61,564 nucleotides of DNA, filler included, from 3 parts of 3 records of this genome joined end to end with filler, not necessarily neighbours in it; one strand, 5' to 3'; counted from the whole stretch's first letter, positions 21,136 through 29,079 are shown. The notes: generated by a model from the sequence alone, not told the origin. Translations and numbers: made by a program.

Positions 21136-22872
21136 CTAAAATATATCTGGCTCTTTAGCCGATGTTCCAAAATTGGTTTCCAAAAAATCAAAATCACACC
21201 CATTGTTAGCTTGCGTTACATGATTACTATACATCCATAACCAACCTCTACCTGCTTTAGGTTTCATAGCTTTAGATTCTTTTTTTCTTAAAGATAAAGT
21301 TTTTTCATCAACTAACATATTAATAGATCTTAAATTTACATCAAGTTCAATAATGTCACCTGTTTTTAATAAAGATAAAGGTCCTCCAATATAGCTTTCA
21401 GGCGCAACATGTAGAATGCAAGCTCCATAGCTCGTACCACTCATTCTAGCATCTGATATCCTAACCATATCCCTAACTCCTTTTTTAAGAAGCTTTTGGG
21501 GAATAGGCATCATTCCCCATTCAGGCATACCTGGACCTCCAACTGGTCCAACATTTCTCAAAACTAAGACATGATCTTCAGTTACATCAAAATCTTCTCT
21601 ATCAATAACAGCTTTCATTTCTGGGTAACTATTGAAAACAATAGCTGGACCTTTATGTTTAAAAAATTTCTTGTCACATGCTGCTGGCTTAATAACACAA
21701 CCATCAGGAGCTAAGTTACCTTTTAAAACTGCTAGAGAACCTTCTTCATAAATTGGATTATTTAATGGGCGAATTATATCATCATTAATGGTTTTTGTTT
21801 CTGAAATCAGTTCCCTTAAACTTAAACCTGAAACAGTTACTTCATCCAAATTAAGTTTTGCAGTAAGTTCGTGCATCAAAGCTAAAATACCGCCTGCATA
21901 AAAAAAATCTTCCATTAAATAGTTCTTTCCTGAAGGCCTAATATTCGCAATGAGTGGTATTTCCCTACCCTTTTTATCTAAATTATCCATTGTTAAATTT
22001 ATTCCTGCCCGCCTTGCCATGGCAATCAAATGAATAATTGCGTTTGTAGAACAACCCATTGCCATGGCAACAGTAACAGCATTATCAACAGATTTTTCAG
22101 TTACAATTTTAGAAGGAGTTAAGTCTTCCCAAACCATGTCTACAATTCTTCTTCCTACATTAGTGGACATTCTTATATGATTTGAATCTGCTGCTGGAAT
22201 AGAGCTTGCCCCCGGTAAAGATAAACCCATAGCTTCTGTTATTGCTGTCATTGTACTAGCTGTTCCCATAGTCATGCAGTGTCCGTATGATCTGGCAATT
22301 CCTGCCTCTACATCTTGCCAGTCTTTATTACTTATGTTACCTGCCCTTAATTCATCCCAATATTTCCAGCCATCCGATCCACTTCCTAAATACTTACCCT
22401 TATAATTACCTCTTAACATTGGACCAGCTGGTAAAAAAATCATCGGCAAACCTACACTTATTGCCCCCATTGTTAAAGCAGGAGCAGTCTTGTCACAACC
22501 TCCCATTAAGACAACACCATCAATTGGATGCGACCTGATCAACTCCTCAACTTCCATTGAAAGCATATTTCTATAGAGCATAGTAGTGGGCTTAACGTAC
22601 ATTTCTGCGAGAGATATAGCAGGAAGCTCTACTGGAAATCCTCCTGATTGATAGACACCTTTTTTAACATCTTCAACTCTTTGTTTAAAATGTGTATGAC
22701 AAGGCTGAATCTCAGACCAAGTGTTAATTATACCTATTAATGGCTTATCTTCCCAGTCCTCTTTACTTAATCCCATTTGCATTGCTCTAGATCTATGACC
22801 AAAAGATCTAACATCGTCTGGTGAAAACCATCTAGAGCTTCTCAACTCACTATATTTTTTTTTTCTCATCAT
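21136..22872 (-). CDS. araD: IlvD/Edd family sugar-acid dehydratase (L-arabinonate dehydratase-like)
   Basis: LRSSRWF...SFGHRSR, PCH, GGCDKT, HCMTMGTASTM, SDARMSGT; start at 22872 or 22869 after GAGG. Confidence 0.85.
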   Translation of the reverse strand: MMRKKKYSELRSSRWFSPDDVRSFGHRSRAMQMGLSKEDWEDKPLIGIINTWSEIQPCHTHFKQRVEDVKKGVYQSGGFPVELPAISLAEMYVKPTTMLYRNMLSMEVEELIRSHPIDGVVLMGGCDKTAPALTMGAISVGLPMIFLPAGPMLRGNYKGKYLGSGSDGWKYWDELRAGNISNKDWQDVEAGIARSYGHCMTMGTASTMTAITEAMGLSLPGASSIPAADSNHIRMSTNVGRRIVDMVWEDLTPSKIVTEKSVDNAVTVAMAMGCSTNAIIHLIAMARRAGINLTMDNLDKKGREIPLIANIRPSGKNYLMEDFFYAGGILALMHELTAKLNLDEVTVSGLSLRELISETKTINDDIIRPLNNPIYEEGSLAVLKGNLAPDGCVIKPAACDKKFFKHKGPAIVFNSYPEMKAVIDREDFDVTEDHVLVLRNVGPVGGPGMPEWGMMPIPQKLLKKGVRDMVRISDARMSGTSYGACILHVAPESYIGGPLSLLKTGDIIELDVNLRSINMLVDEKTLSLRKKESKAMKPKAGRGWLWMYSNHVTQANNGCDFDFLETNFGTSAKEPDIF

Positions 22873-22959
22873 AACCTCAATAAAAATAATATTTTTAAAA
22901 CTATGATACAAATTTAAAATTTAAACTGCAAAATATTAGAGAAAAGATTTAAAAATAAA

Positions 22960-23036
22960 TGGTAGGCCTGGAGGGACTTGAACCCCCAACCACTCCGTTA
23001 TGAGCGGAGGGCTCTAACCAGTTGAGCTACAGGCCT
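22960..23036 (-). tRNA. tRNA-Ile2 (CAT anticodon, lysidine type)
   Basis: Minus strand AGGCCTGTAGCTCAACTGGTTAGAGCCCTCCGCTCATAACGGAGTGGTTGGGGGTTCAAGTCCCTCCAGGCCTACCA; full cloverleaf with CCA; downstream of rpoD like ileX; lacks initiator features. Confidence 0.9.
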
Positions 23037-23140
23037 TTAATATTATGAATAAAAATTATTCAAAACACGCAACTTATACAAGGACAAACTAACTATGTAA
23101 AGAATAAGAATTAAAGATTAAGTTTTAATATTCTGAAAAA

Positions 23141-23726
23141 TTAATTTTCTAGAAAGGATCTTAGTTTCCTAGATCTTGATGGATGTTTTAATTTTCTTAA
23201 AGCTTTAGCTTCTATTTGTCTAATTCTCTCTCTGGTAACACTAAATTGCTGACCGACTTCTTCAAGTGTATGATCAGTATTCATCCCAATCCCAAAGCGC
23301 ATTCTTAAAACTCTCTCTTCTCTTGGAGTTAAACTAGCTAAAATTCTTGTGGTTGTTTCTCTTAGATTTGCGTGAATTGCTGCTTCAAGAGGCTGAACAG
23401 CCATCTTGTCTTCTATAAAATCTCCTAAATGACTATCATCTTCGTCTCCAACAGGCGTCTCTAAAGAAATTGGTTCTTTAGCTATCTTTAGAACTTTCCT
23501 AACTTTATCAAGTGGCATTGATATTTTTTCAGATAATTCTTCTGGGGTTGGCTCCCTACCAATTTCATGAAGCATTTGTCGTGAAGTTCTAACTAGTTTG
23601 TTTATGGTTTCAATCATATGAACAGGTATTCTTATGGTTCTAGCTTGATCTGCAATGGACCTTGTTATTGCCTGTCTAATCCACCATGTTGCGTATGTTG
23701 AGAATTTATAACCTCTTCTATATTCA
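23141..23726 (-). CDS. rpoD: RNA polymerase sigma factor RpoD (5'-truncated at contig end)
   Basis: [37 protein letters not shown]... and region 4 [17 protein letters not shown]. Confidence 0.97.
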
Positions 23727-23826
23727 NNNNNNNNNNNNNNNNNNNNNNNNNNNNNNNNNNNNNNNNNNNNTTAATTAATTAANNNNNNNNNNNNNNNNNN
23801 NNNNNNNNNNNNNNNNNNNNNNNNNN
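23727..23826. other. Artificial contig linker (N44-TTAATTAATTAA-N44)
   Basis: N runs around a six-frame stop; composition and gene taxonomy change across it. Confidence 0.98.
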
Positions 23827-23852
23827 CGCTCTACCAACTGAGCTACTCCCGC
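23827..23852 (-). tRNA. 5' fragment of a tRNA, probably tRNA-Gly (truncated by contig end)
   Basis: Minus strand GCGGGAGTAGCTCAGTTGGTAGAGCG = acceptor 5' strand plus D-arm; anticodon not present. Confidence 0.75.
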
Positions 23853-23869
23853 ATTAACACAAATATACA

Positions 23870-24301
23870 CTATTCCAATAAACGCTTCACAAAGTGAAAC
23901 CCCAAGTGCTTAAAGCCTTCTCGCTTATACAAACGGTGTGATGCACTATTTTGTTTGTACGCATTTAGCTCTAATGCTTCATAACCTTTTTCCTTAAGCT
24001 GATCGCCTATCCAATTCATAAAATGGGTACCCAATCCTTTGCCTTGAAATTCGGGAATGATATAAAAATGATCGAGTTCACAACTCTTCCCCGAATAATG
24101 CCGGGTTTGATACCACAGACCACACAAGCCTACTAAAGTATCCGCACTATAAAATCCAATACAGTCGTACTCATGGGTAAACATGGCGGTAAAACGCTCG
24201 GCGTGTACCGCATCGGAGTATTTGTGTTGCGTAAAATCTTGGATTAACGGAAGGATTTCCGGGATATTCGCTACTTTTAAAAAACGAAATTCAACATTCA
24301 T
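23870..24301 (-). CDS. GNAT family N-acetyltransferase
   Basis: FYIIPEFQGKGLG motif A; NSASHRLYKREGF. Confidence 0.88.
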   Translation of the reverse strand: MNVEFRFLKVANIPEILPLIQDFTQHKYSDAVHAERFTAMFTHEYDCIGFYSADTLVGLCGLWYQTRHYSGKSCELDHFYIIPEFQGKGLGTHFMNWIGDQLKEKGYEALELNAYKQNSASHRLYKREGFKHLGFHFVKRLLE

Positions 24302-24309
24302 AGCCTTAG

Positions 24310-24741
24310 GTGCAAATCATTACAAACATACAACTAAAACAAATTTCTGCTAAAGACAGCTATATCGTGCGCCACCCCGTTTTACGAAAGGGCTTGGCAC
24401 AGAGCAGCTGTGCTTTTGATCGTGATGAAGACACAACAACCATCCACTTAGGCGCTTTTGAAAACAATGCTTTAGTAGGTGTACTAAGCCTCTTACAAAA
24501 CACTGTAGACATTCAACTTAGAGGGATGGCCGTTTTAGAATCCCATCAAGGATTGGGAATTGGTAAAACCATGATTGCTAAAGCGGAAGAAATGGTAAAA
24601 GAATTGAGTGTAAAAAAACTATGGATGAATGCACGCTTGATTGCTGTTCCGTTTTACGAAAGCTGTGGGTATACCAAAGAAGGCGTTTCTTTTGAACTCC
24701 CTTACGGCGCCATGCACTATAAAATGACAAAAACACTATGA
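24310..24741 (+). CDS. GNAT family N-acetyltransferase
   Basis: QLRGMAVLESHQGLGIG; NARLIAVPFYESCGY. Confidence 0.88.
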   Translation: MQIITNIQLKQISAKDSYIVRHPVLRKGLAQSSCAFDRDEDTTTIHLGAFENNALVGVLSLLQNTVDIQLRGMAVLESHQGLGIGKTMIAKAEEMVKELSVKKLWMNARLIAVPFYESCGYTKEGVSFELPYGAMHYKMTKTL

Positions 24742-25439
24742 AAGTAATTTTAATCTTGCTGTTATTTTGCCAAGCGACATTCGCTCAGGTAAACACCATC
24801 CAACTATTGGGCATCGATGAATCGCATCTTGTTGAGCAAAACAATTACAAGTTAACCCAACAAACCGCCAAGGCTTTTGCAGCCATGCAAGAAGCGGCGC
24901 TAGATGATGGTATCGCTATTCAATTGGTTTCTGCCCACCGTTCTTTTGAGCGGCAACAAGGCATTTGGGAACGGAAATTTAATCAGTACACAGCAGATGG
25001 CATGTCAGGAAAACAAGCCATTACTAAAATTTTGGAATACTCTACCATTCCGGGGACCTCACGCCACCACTGGGGAACCGATATTGATATTACAGACGCT
25101 AACGCACCCAAACAAAACAGCCTTTTGGTAACCGAAAAGTTTGATGACAACGGCCCTTTTGCACCCCTACACAAATGGATGCAAGCCAACGCCCACCGTT
25201 TTGGATTTGTTTTGGTTTATACCAATGATGAAAAACGAACTGGCTTTGCCTACGAACCTTGGCATTACAGCTATTTTCCCGAAGCCAAAAGCTGCCTAAC
25301 TGCCTACAGCCCTAGAGAAGCCTTTGCTTTTTTTAAATCGGTTGGCGTGGTTGGGGGTAACTATGTAAACCGTGATTTTTGGGACAGCTACTACACCCGC
25401 TTTGTAAAAGGGATAAATCCGGTGTTAATTGACAATTAG
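24738..25439 (+). CDS. M15B family D-Ala-D-Ala carboxypeptidase (VanY-like), secreted
   Basis: Signal peptide; SAHRSF, SRHHWGTDID, YEPWHY zinc motifs. Confidence 0.9.
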   Translation: MKVILILLLFCQATFAQVNTIQLLGIDESHLVEQNNYKLTQQTAKAFAAMQEAALDDGIAIQLVSAHRSFERQQGIWERKFNQYTADGMSGKQAITKILEYSTIPGTSRHHWGTDIDITDANAPKQNSLLVTEKFDDNGPFAPLHKWMQANAHRFGFVLVYTNDEKRTGFAYEPWHYSYFPEAKSCLTAYSPREAFAFFKSVGVVGGNYVNRDFWDSYYTRFVKGINPVLIDN

Positions 25440-25521
25440 TCGGATGCTGTCTTTAATACTTAATTGGCATTTTATTCAGAGAGGCTAAGATAGACACGCC
25501 TTACAAACCTTATTTAAAATA

Positions 25522-25550
25522 GGTACGCGTCGCAGACGCGCACCAGCGGG
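25522..25550. repeat. GC-rich REP-like hairpin
   Basis: GGTACGCGTC-GCA-GACGCGCACC (10-bp stem with one mismatch, 3-nt loop) followed by AGCGGG, in AT-rich context. Confidence 0.55.
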
Positions 25551-25590
25551 TAGCTATCCCGCAGGGTAGCTATACACATTGTTAGCAACA
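25551..25590 (-). repeat. Truncated attC-like site of cassette 2
   Basis: 6 nt after the stop codon: TGTTGCTAAC-AATGTG-TA-TAGCTACCC-TGC-GGG-A-TAGCTA; right arm cut off by the REP-like hairpin. Confidence 0.6.
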
Positions 25591-25596
25591 GTCTTT

Positions 25597-26487
25597 TTAT
25601 CCTAATTTTTTAATTTTTGATTCTACTGATTGAAGCTGGTTCATTTTAGGAAATAGATTTTTGACGTTTTCTGGCTGATTAAGGGCTGGGTGAACTTCTG
25701 CTCCCTGCTCAATTAAATTTGATAAGAGTCTGATTAAGTTTTTCAATCGTTCAATCTGCTCATTATTATCCCCATCAAAATTTTCGTTGTAGAGGTTTTT
25801 TGCTTCTGCATCAATCATTAAGTTGAGAGCATCTTTTTGTTTCTCCTGGATTTCCTTTAGACTTTCATTTTTAATTTTCAGACTTTTGACGTGTTCTGTG
25901 ATTAATTTTCCTTCTTGTATTTTCTTATAAATAACTGCGGAAGCCCACGCGAGACCTCCAATCAAAGAAACAGCTGCAGTTGAGCCTAAATAGACATCCA
26001 ACCAAATAGAACCATTCTCGACATTGTCAATTCGAACTTGTCCATTTATCTGATCGTTTACAACGGCTTGATTAATTATTTTATGAAACTCAGAAGAGAC
26101 TTTTGATAAGTCGTCAAAGTCAGTAACTGATGGAAACTTTATACTAATACTATCTGGATTTACTTCTCCACCTATTTCCGAAATAGTTGTACTTAAAGCA
26201 GTTACAAGCTTTATTATTTCATCAATTTGGATTTTTAACTGTCTCCCTTCAGTAAAATTTAAACTTAAGCTGTCTTTTGCTGTTGTGAAAATTGCCGAGT
26301 TTCGAATTGCTTGAATTTCATTCTTAAACAGTCCTGTTTCTTCCAATTGGTTAATGGCTTTCCTAAATTGATTTAGTTTGGAAAATTTAGAAGTTGGTTG
26401 TTGATTACCTTGTCGAGGTTCTTCGTATGCAACATTGAGTATTGCTGTAATAGTCGCAAGCTGCTGTTTAAGTTCTTTTATCTTCAT
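25597..26487 (-). CDS. Hypothetical 296-aa cassette protein with a hydrophobic helix and coiled coil
   Basis: Long AT-rich ORF; VENGSIW followed by AAVSLIGGLAWASAVIY; family not recognised. Confidence 0.85.
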   Translation of the reverse strand: MKIKELKQQLATITAILNVAYEEPRQGNQQPTSKFSKLNQFRKAINQLEETGLFKNEIQAIRNSAIFTTAKDSLSLNFTEGRQLKIQIDEIIKLVTALSTTISEIGGEVNPDSISIKFPSVTDFDDLSKVSSEFHKIINQAVVNDQINGQVRIDNVENGSIWLDVYLGSTAAVSLIGGLAWASAVIYKKIQEGKLITEHVKSLKIKNESLKEIQEKQKDALNLMIDAEAKNLYNENFDGDNNEQIERLKNLIRLLSNLIEQGAEVHPALNQPENVKNLFPKMNQLQSVESKIKKLG

Positions 26488-26497
26488 TTATTTCATA

Positions 26498-26638
26498 TTG
26501 TTACTAATGGTCTCGTATAACCGTCAGTTACGGGTTAAAGTGAGCTTACATTTCGGTTTTGTACCTAAGTTGGCAATTCGGCTTGAATTTCCTGTCGGAA
26601 ATTCCGCCGTAATTGCGGTTATACATTGTTGTAAAACG
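26498..26638 (-). repeat. attC-like site of cassette 1
   Basis: Inverse core CGTTTTACAAC (26638-26628); arms GTATAACCG-CAATTACGG and CCGTAACTG-A-CGGTTATAC with one extra base; internal GAATTTCC-GACA-GGAAATTC hairpin; core ATTAGTAACAA (26508-26498). Confidence 0.72.
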
Positions 26639-26642
26639 TTTT

Positions 26643-27245
26643 TTATTTTCCAAATCCGATATTCGGTTTTTCAGGTTTTACACTTTGTTTTAATTCAGCA
26701 TATTTTTGGTCAAACTCCTCTTTCGATATTGCATTGATTGATTTTAACCATTTAAAATTATTCAGTTGACTTTCATAGCTCAAATTTTCATCAACAATTG
26801 CATAATTTTCTTTTAGAAATTCATTTCTTGACTTCATTAATTCAGATAAAAATTGGTCTGTTGCTGATTTATTCGGAATGTTTTTATGTATATAAATATA
26901 ACTGTCATTAGTCAATCGTATTTTCCAAAAATTTTGTCTTGACAATAAATAAATAACTGAAAAGACTGTCCCAATTCCAGCCCAAAAAAGTCCAGCGAAT
27001 TTTTCTCCAGTACTGCCTCGATACAAACTTATTTATATTGCAATAGCAATTAGATAAATAACACCAGCGATAATCAGCAAAGTATGATTAGTCGATTTAT
27101 GGGAAGTTTTTTCTCCATTTAAATTTTCAAACGGAATATCTATTTCATTTCCGTTTCCAAATTTTGAAATATTATAGAACAATTTTGAATCCGTAATTCT
27201 TAATTCACGTTTTACGAAGTTCTTATTCTGCTTTAATTCTTTCAT
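26643..27245 (-). pseudogene. Two-TM membrane protein with SHOCT-like C-terminus, interrupted by an in-frame TAA
   Basis: ORFs 27033-27245 and 26643-27026 are in the same frame: ...GCA ATA TAA ATA AGT TTG TAT CGA...; C-terminal LNNFKWLKSINAISKEEFDQKYAEL. Confidence 0.8.
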
Positions 27246-27263
27246 TTTGTTCGTTTTCAGAAA

Positions 27264-27303
27264 TGTTTTACAACTTGTTTATATCCACATATTGCGTTTA
27301 TAT
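27264..27303 (-). promoter_or_regulatory. attI-like recombination site
   Basis: ATATAAAC-GCAATATGTGG-ATATAAAC-AA-GTTGTAAAACA: GTT core preceded by direct repeats and no hairpin arm, 18 nt before the first cassette ATG. Confidence 0.55.
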
Positions 27304-27532
27304 ATTTTATGATTAGCACACCTGTGATATGCTTGTTTTCAATACTTTACACCTACTACAACGCGTCCTAAGTACAAATAAATGTGCAAGCGTATGCATC
27401 GTCCTAACTCCAAAAAAGTAAAAAAATGAAAGGCGTAGGTTCGTTCAGTCTAAACAATTTTGGGCGTTTGTTTAACGCTAAATTAACAAAAAATCAATAC
27501 AGCACAGCATTGTCATGGCAGTTGGGTTTGTT

Positions 27533-27540
27533 TATCTTTG
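27533..27540 (+). promoter_or_regulatory. Bacteroidota sigma-A -7 element (TATCTTTG) for gpmI
   Basis: Matches TAnnTTTG; 17 nt before ATG 27558. Confidence 0.7.
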
Positions 27541-27557
27541 CAACACAATACAACCAC

Positions 27558-29075
27558 ATGAACAAACGCGTCCTTTTAATGATTTTAGACGGTTGGGGTA
27601 TCTCTCCCGATCCTAAGGTTTCGGCAGTAGTCCAAGCCAATACCCCTTTTATCGACAGCCTTTCTCAAACAGCTGCCAACAATGTCTTGCATACCGACGG
27701 CATGCATGTTGGTCTTCCAGAAGGTCAAATGGGAAATAGCGAAGTAGGTCATGTAAACCTAGGTGCTGGGCGTGTGGTATATCAAGATTTGGCGAAAATC
27801 AATCTGGCAGTAAAAGAAAACACACTCAAAGACGAGCCTGTTTTAAGAGAAGCTTTTGAATATGCCATCAAACAAAATAAAAGCGTACACTTTGTAGGGC
27901 TTGTTTCAGACGGTGGGGTGCATGCGCACATCAACCATGTGGAAGGCTTACTAAAAGCTGCACACGAAGCCAAGGTACCCAAAAGTTATGTACATGCCTT
28001 TTCGGATGGCCGTGATGTAGATCCAAAATCCGGACTTGGTTTTTTAACCAAAGTACAAGACATCTGCTCTAGCCACAACGCACATCTTGCTAGTGTTATT
28101 GGGCGCTACTTTGCCATGGATAGAGACCAACGCTGGGAGCGTGTTAAAAAGGCCTATGATCTACTCATTCACGGAACAGGCACACAAACAGAAAACCTTA
28201 CCGAAGCCATGCAAGCCAACTACGCTGCAGGCACTACTGATGAATTCATTGAACCCCTTGTACTTCCTGAAAATGGAGATTTAAAAAGTGGGCGTATTAA
28301 GGCTGATGACGTTGTCATTTTCTTTAATTTCCGTACCGACCGTGGACGTGAGCTTACCCAAGCCTTAAATCAAGTCGCCTTTCCAGAGCAAGACATGGAG
28401 CCACTTCCTTTGTATTATGTAACACTAACCAACTACGACGAATCTTTTAAAGGGGTTAAAGTGGTTTATGACAAAGAAAATATTTCAGAAACTCTAGGAG
28501 AGGTAATCGCTAAAGCAGGGAAAAAACAAATCCGTATTGCGGAAACCGAAAAATACCCACACGTTACCTTTTTCTTTAATGGTGGACGGGAAGCTCCTTT
28601 TGAGGGCGAAGAACGCCTTTTGTGTCCTTCACCAAAAGTAGCGACATACGACTTGCAACCCGAAATGAGTGCCTATGACATTCGTGATGCTATAGTGCCC
28701 AAGTTACAACAAAAAGCCGCTGATTTTGTTTGTTTAAACTTCGCCAATCCCGATATGGTTGGACATACTGGTGATATGGCTGCTGCCATAAAGGCCTGCG
28801 AGGTCGTGGATGGTTGTGCTAAAGCTGTAGTTTCCGCTGCACAAGAAAGTGACTACACGGTAATTATTATTGCAGACCATGGGAATTGTGATACAATGAT
28901 TAATCCAGATGGAAGCCCAAACACCGCCCATACCACCAATTTGGTGCCTGTCTATTTGGTTGATAAAGATATTGATTCTGTAAGCAAAGGTGCGCTATGT
29001 GATATTGCTCCTACTGTATTGGAACTTATGGGCGTGGAACAGCCTGCAGCGATGACAGCGAAATCACTACTTTAG
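27558..29075 (+). CDS. gpmI: 2,3-bisphosphoglycerate-independent phosphoglycerate mutase
   Basis: LMILDGWG, GQMGNSEVGH, DGRD, AETEKYPHVT, DMVGHTG, ADHGN; start reassigned to 27558. Confidence 0.97.
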   Translation: MNKRVLLMILDGWGISPDPKVSAVVQANTPFIDSLSQTAANNVLHTDGMHVGLPEGQMGNSEVGHVNLGAGRVVYQDLAKINLAVKENTLKDEPVLREAFEYAIKQNKSVHFVGLVSDGGVHAHINHVEGLLKAAHEAKVPKSYVHAFSDGRDVDPKSGLGFLTKVQDICSSHNAHLASVIGRYFAMDRDQRWERVKKAYDLLIHGTGTQTENLTEAMQANYAAGTTDEFIEPLVLPENGDLKSGRIKADDVVIFFNFRTDRGRELTQALNQVAFPEQDMEPLPLYYVTLTNYDESFKGVKVVYDKENISETLGEVIAKAGKKQIRIAETEKYPHVTFFFNGGREAPFEGEERLLCPSPKVATYDLQPEMSAYDIRDAIVPKLQQKAADFVCLNFANPDMVGHTGDMAAAIKACEVVDGCAKAVVSAAQESDYTVIIIADHGNCDTMINPDGSPNTAHTTNLVPVYLVDKDIDSVSKGALCDIAPTVLELMGVEQPAAMTAKSLL

Positions 29076-29079
29076 TACT

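Larger units (their letters stand above)
25522..27303 (-). mobile_element. Integron-like gene cassette array without integrase (attI-like site plus two cassettes)
   Basis: AT-rich insert; cassette 5' cores GTTGTAAAACA and ATTAGTAACAA match their own 3' inverse cores CGTTTTACAAC and TGTTGCTAAC; attC-like imperfect hairpin; co-oriented ORFs flush with the sites. Confidence 0.7.

Noticed and set aside
22960-23036. tRNA-Met or tRNA-fMet
   Set aside because: CAT anticodon, but paired 1-72, no triple G-C anticodon stem, and rpoD-downstream position favour Ile2; elongator Met is not fully excluded.
23771-23782. TTAATTAATTAA palindrome as a biological site
   Set aside because: Flanked by N runs and repeated identically at 49998-50009; it is a synthetic six-frame stop linker.
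24738-25439. Vancomycin-resistance gene (vanY)
   Set aside because: Generic M15B carboxypeptidase in a Gram-negative genome with no van cluster.
25522-26638. CRISPR array or IS/MITE explanation for the hairpins
   Set aside because: No identical regularly spaced repeats, cas genes, transposase, terminal inverted repeats or target duplication are visible.
26435-26737. 100-aa plus-strand ORF
   Set aside because: Runs across the attC-like hairpin antisense to both cassette genes; no protein-like features.
27033-27035. Stop-codon reassignment or programmed readthrough
   Set aside because: TAA terminates many ordinary genes in the same contig; a nonsense mutation or sequencing error is simpler.
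27364-27407. 8-bp direct repeat CGTCCTAA (27364-27371, 27400-27407) beside the array
   Set aside because: Short, and does not flank the insert on both sides; cannot be distinguished from chance.
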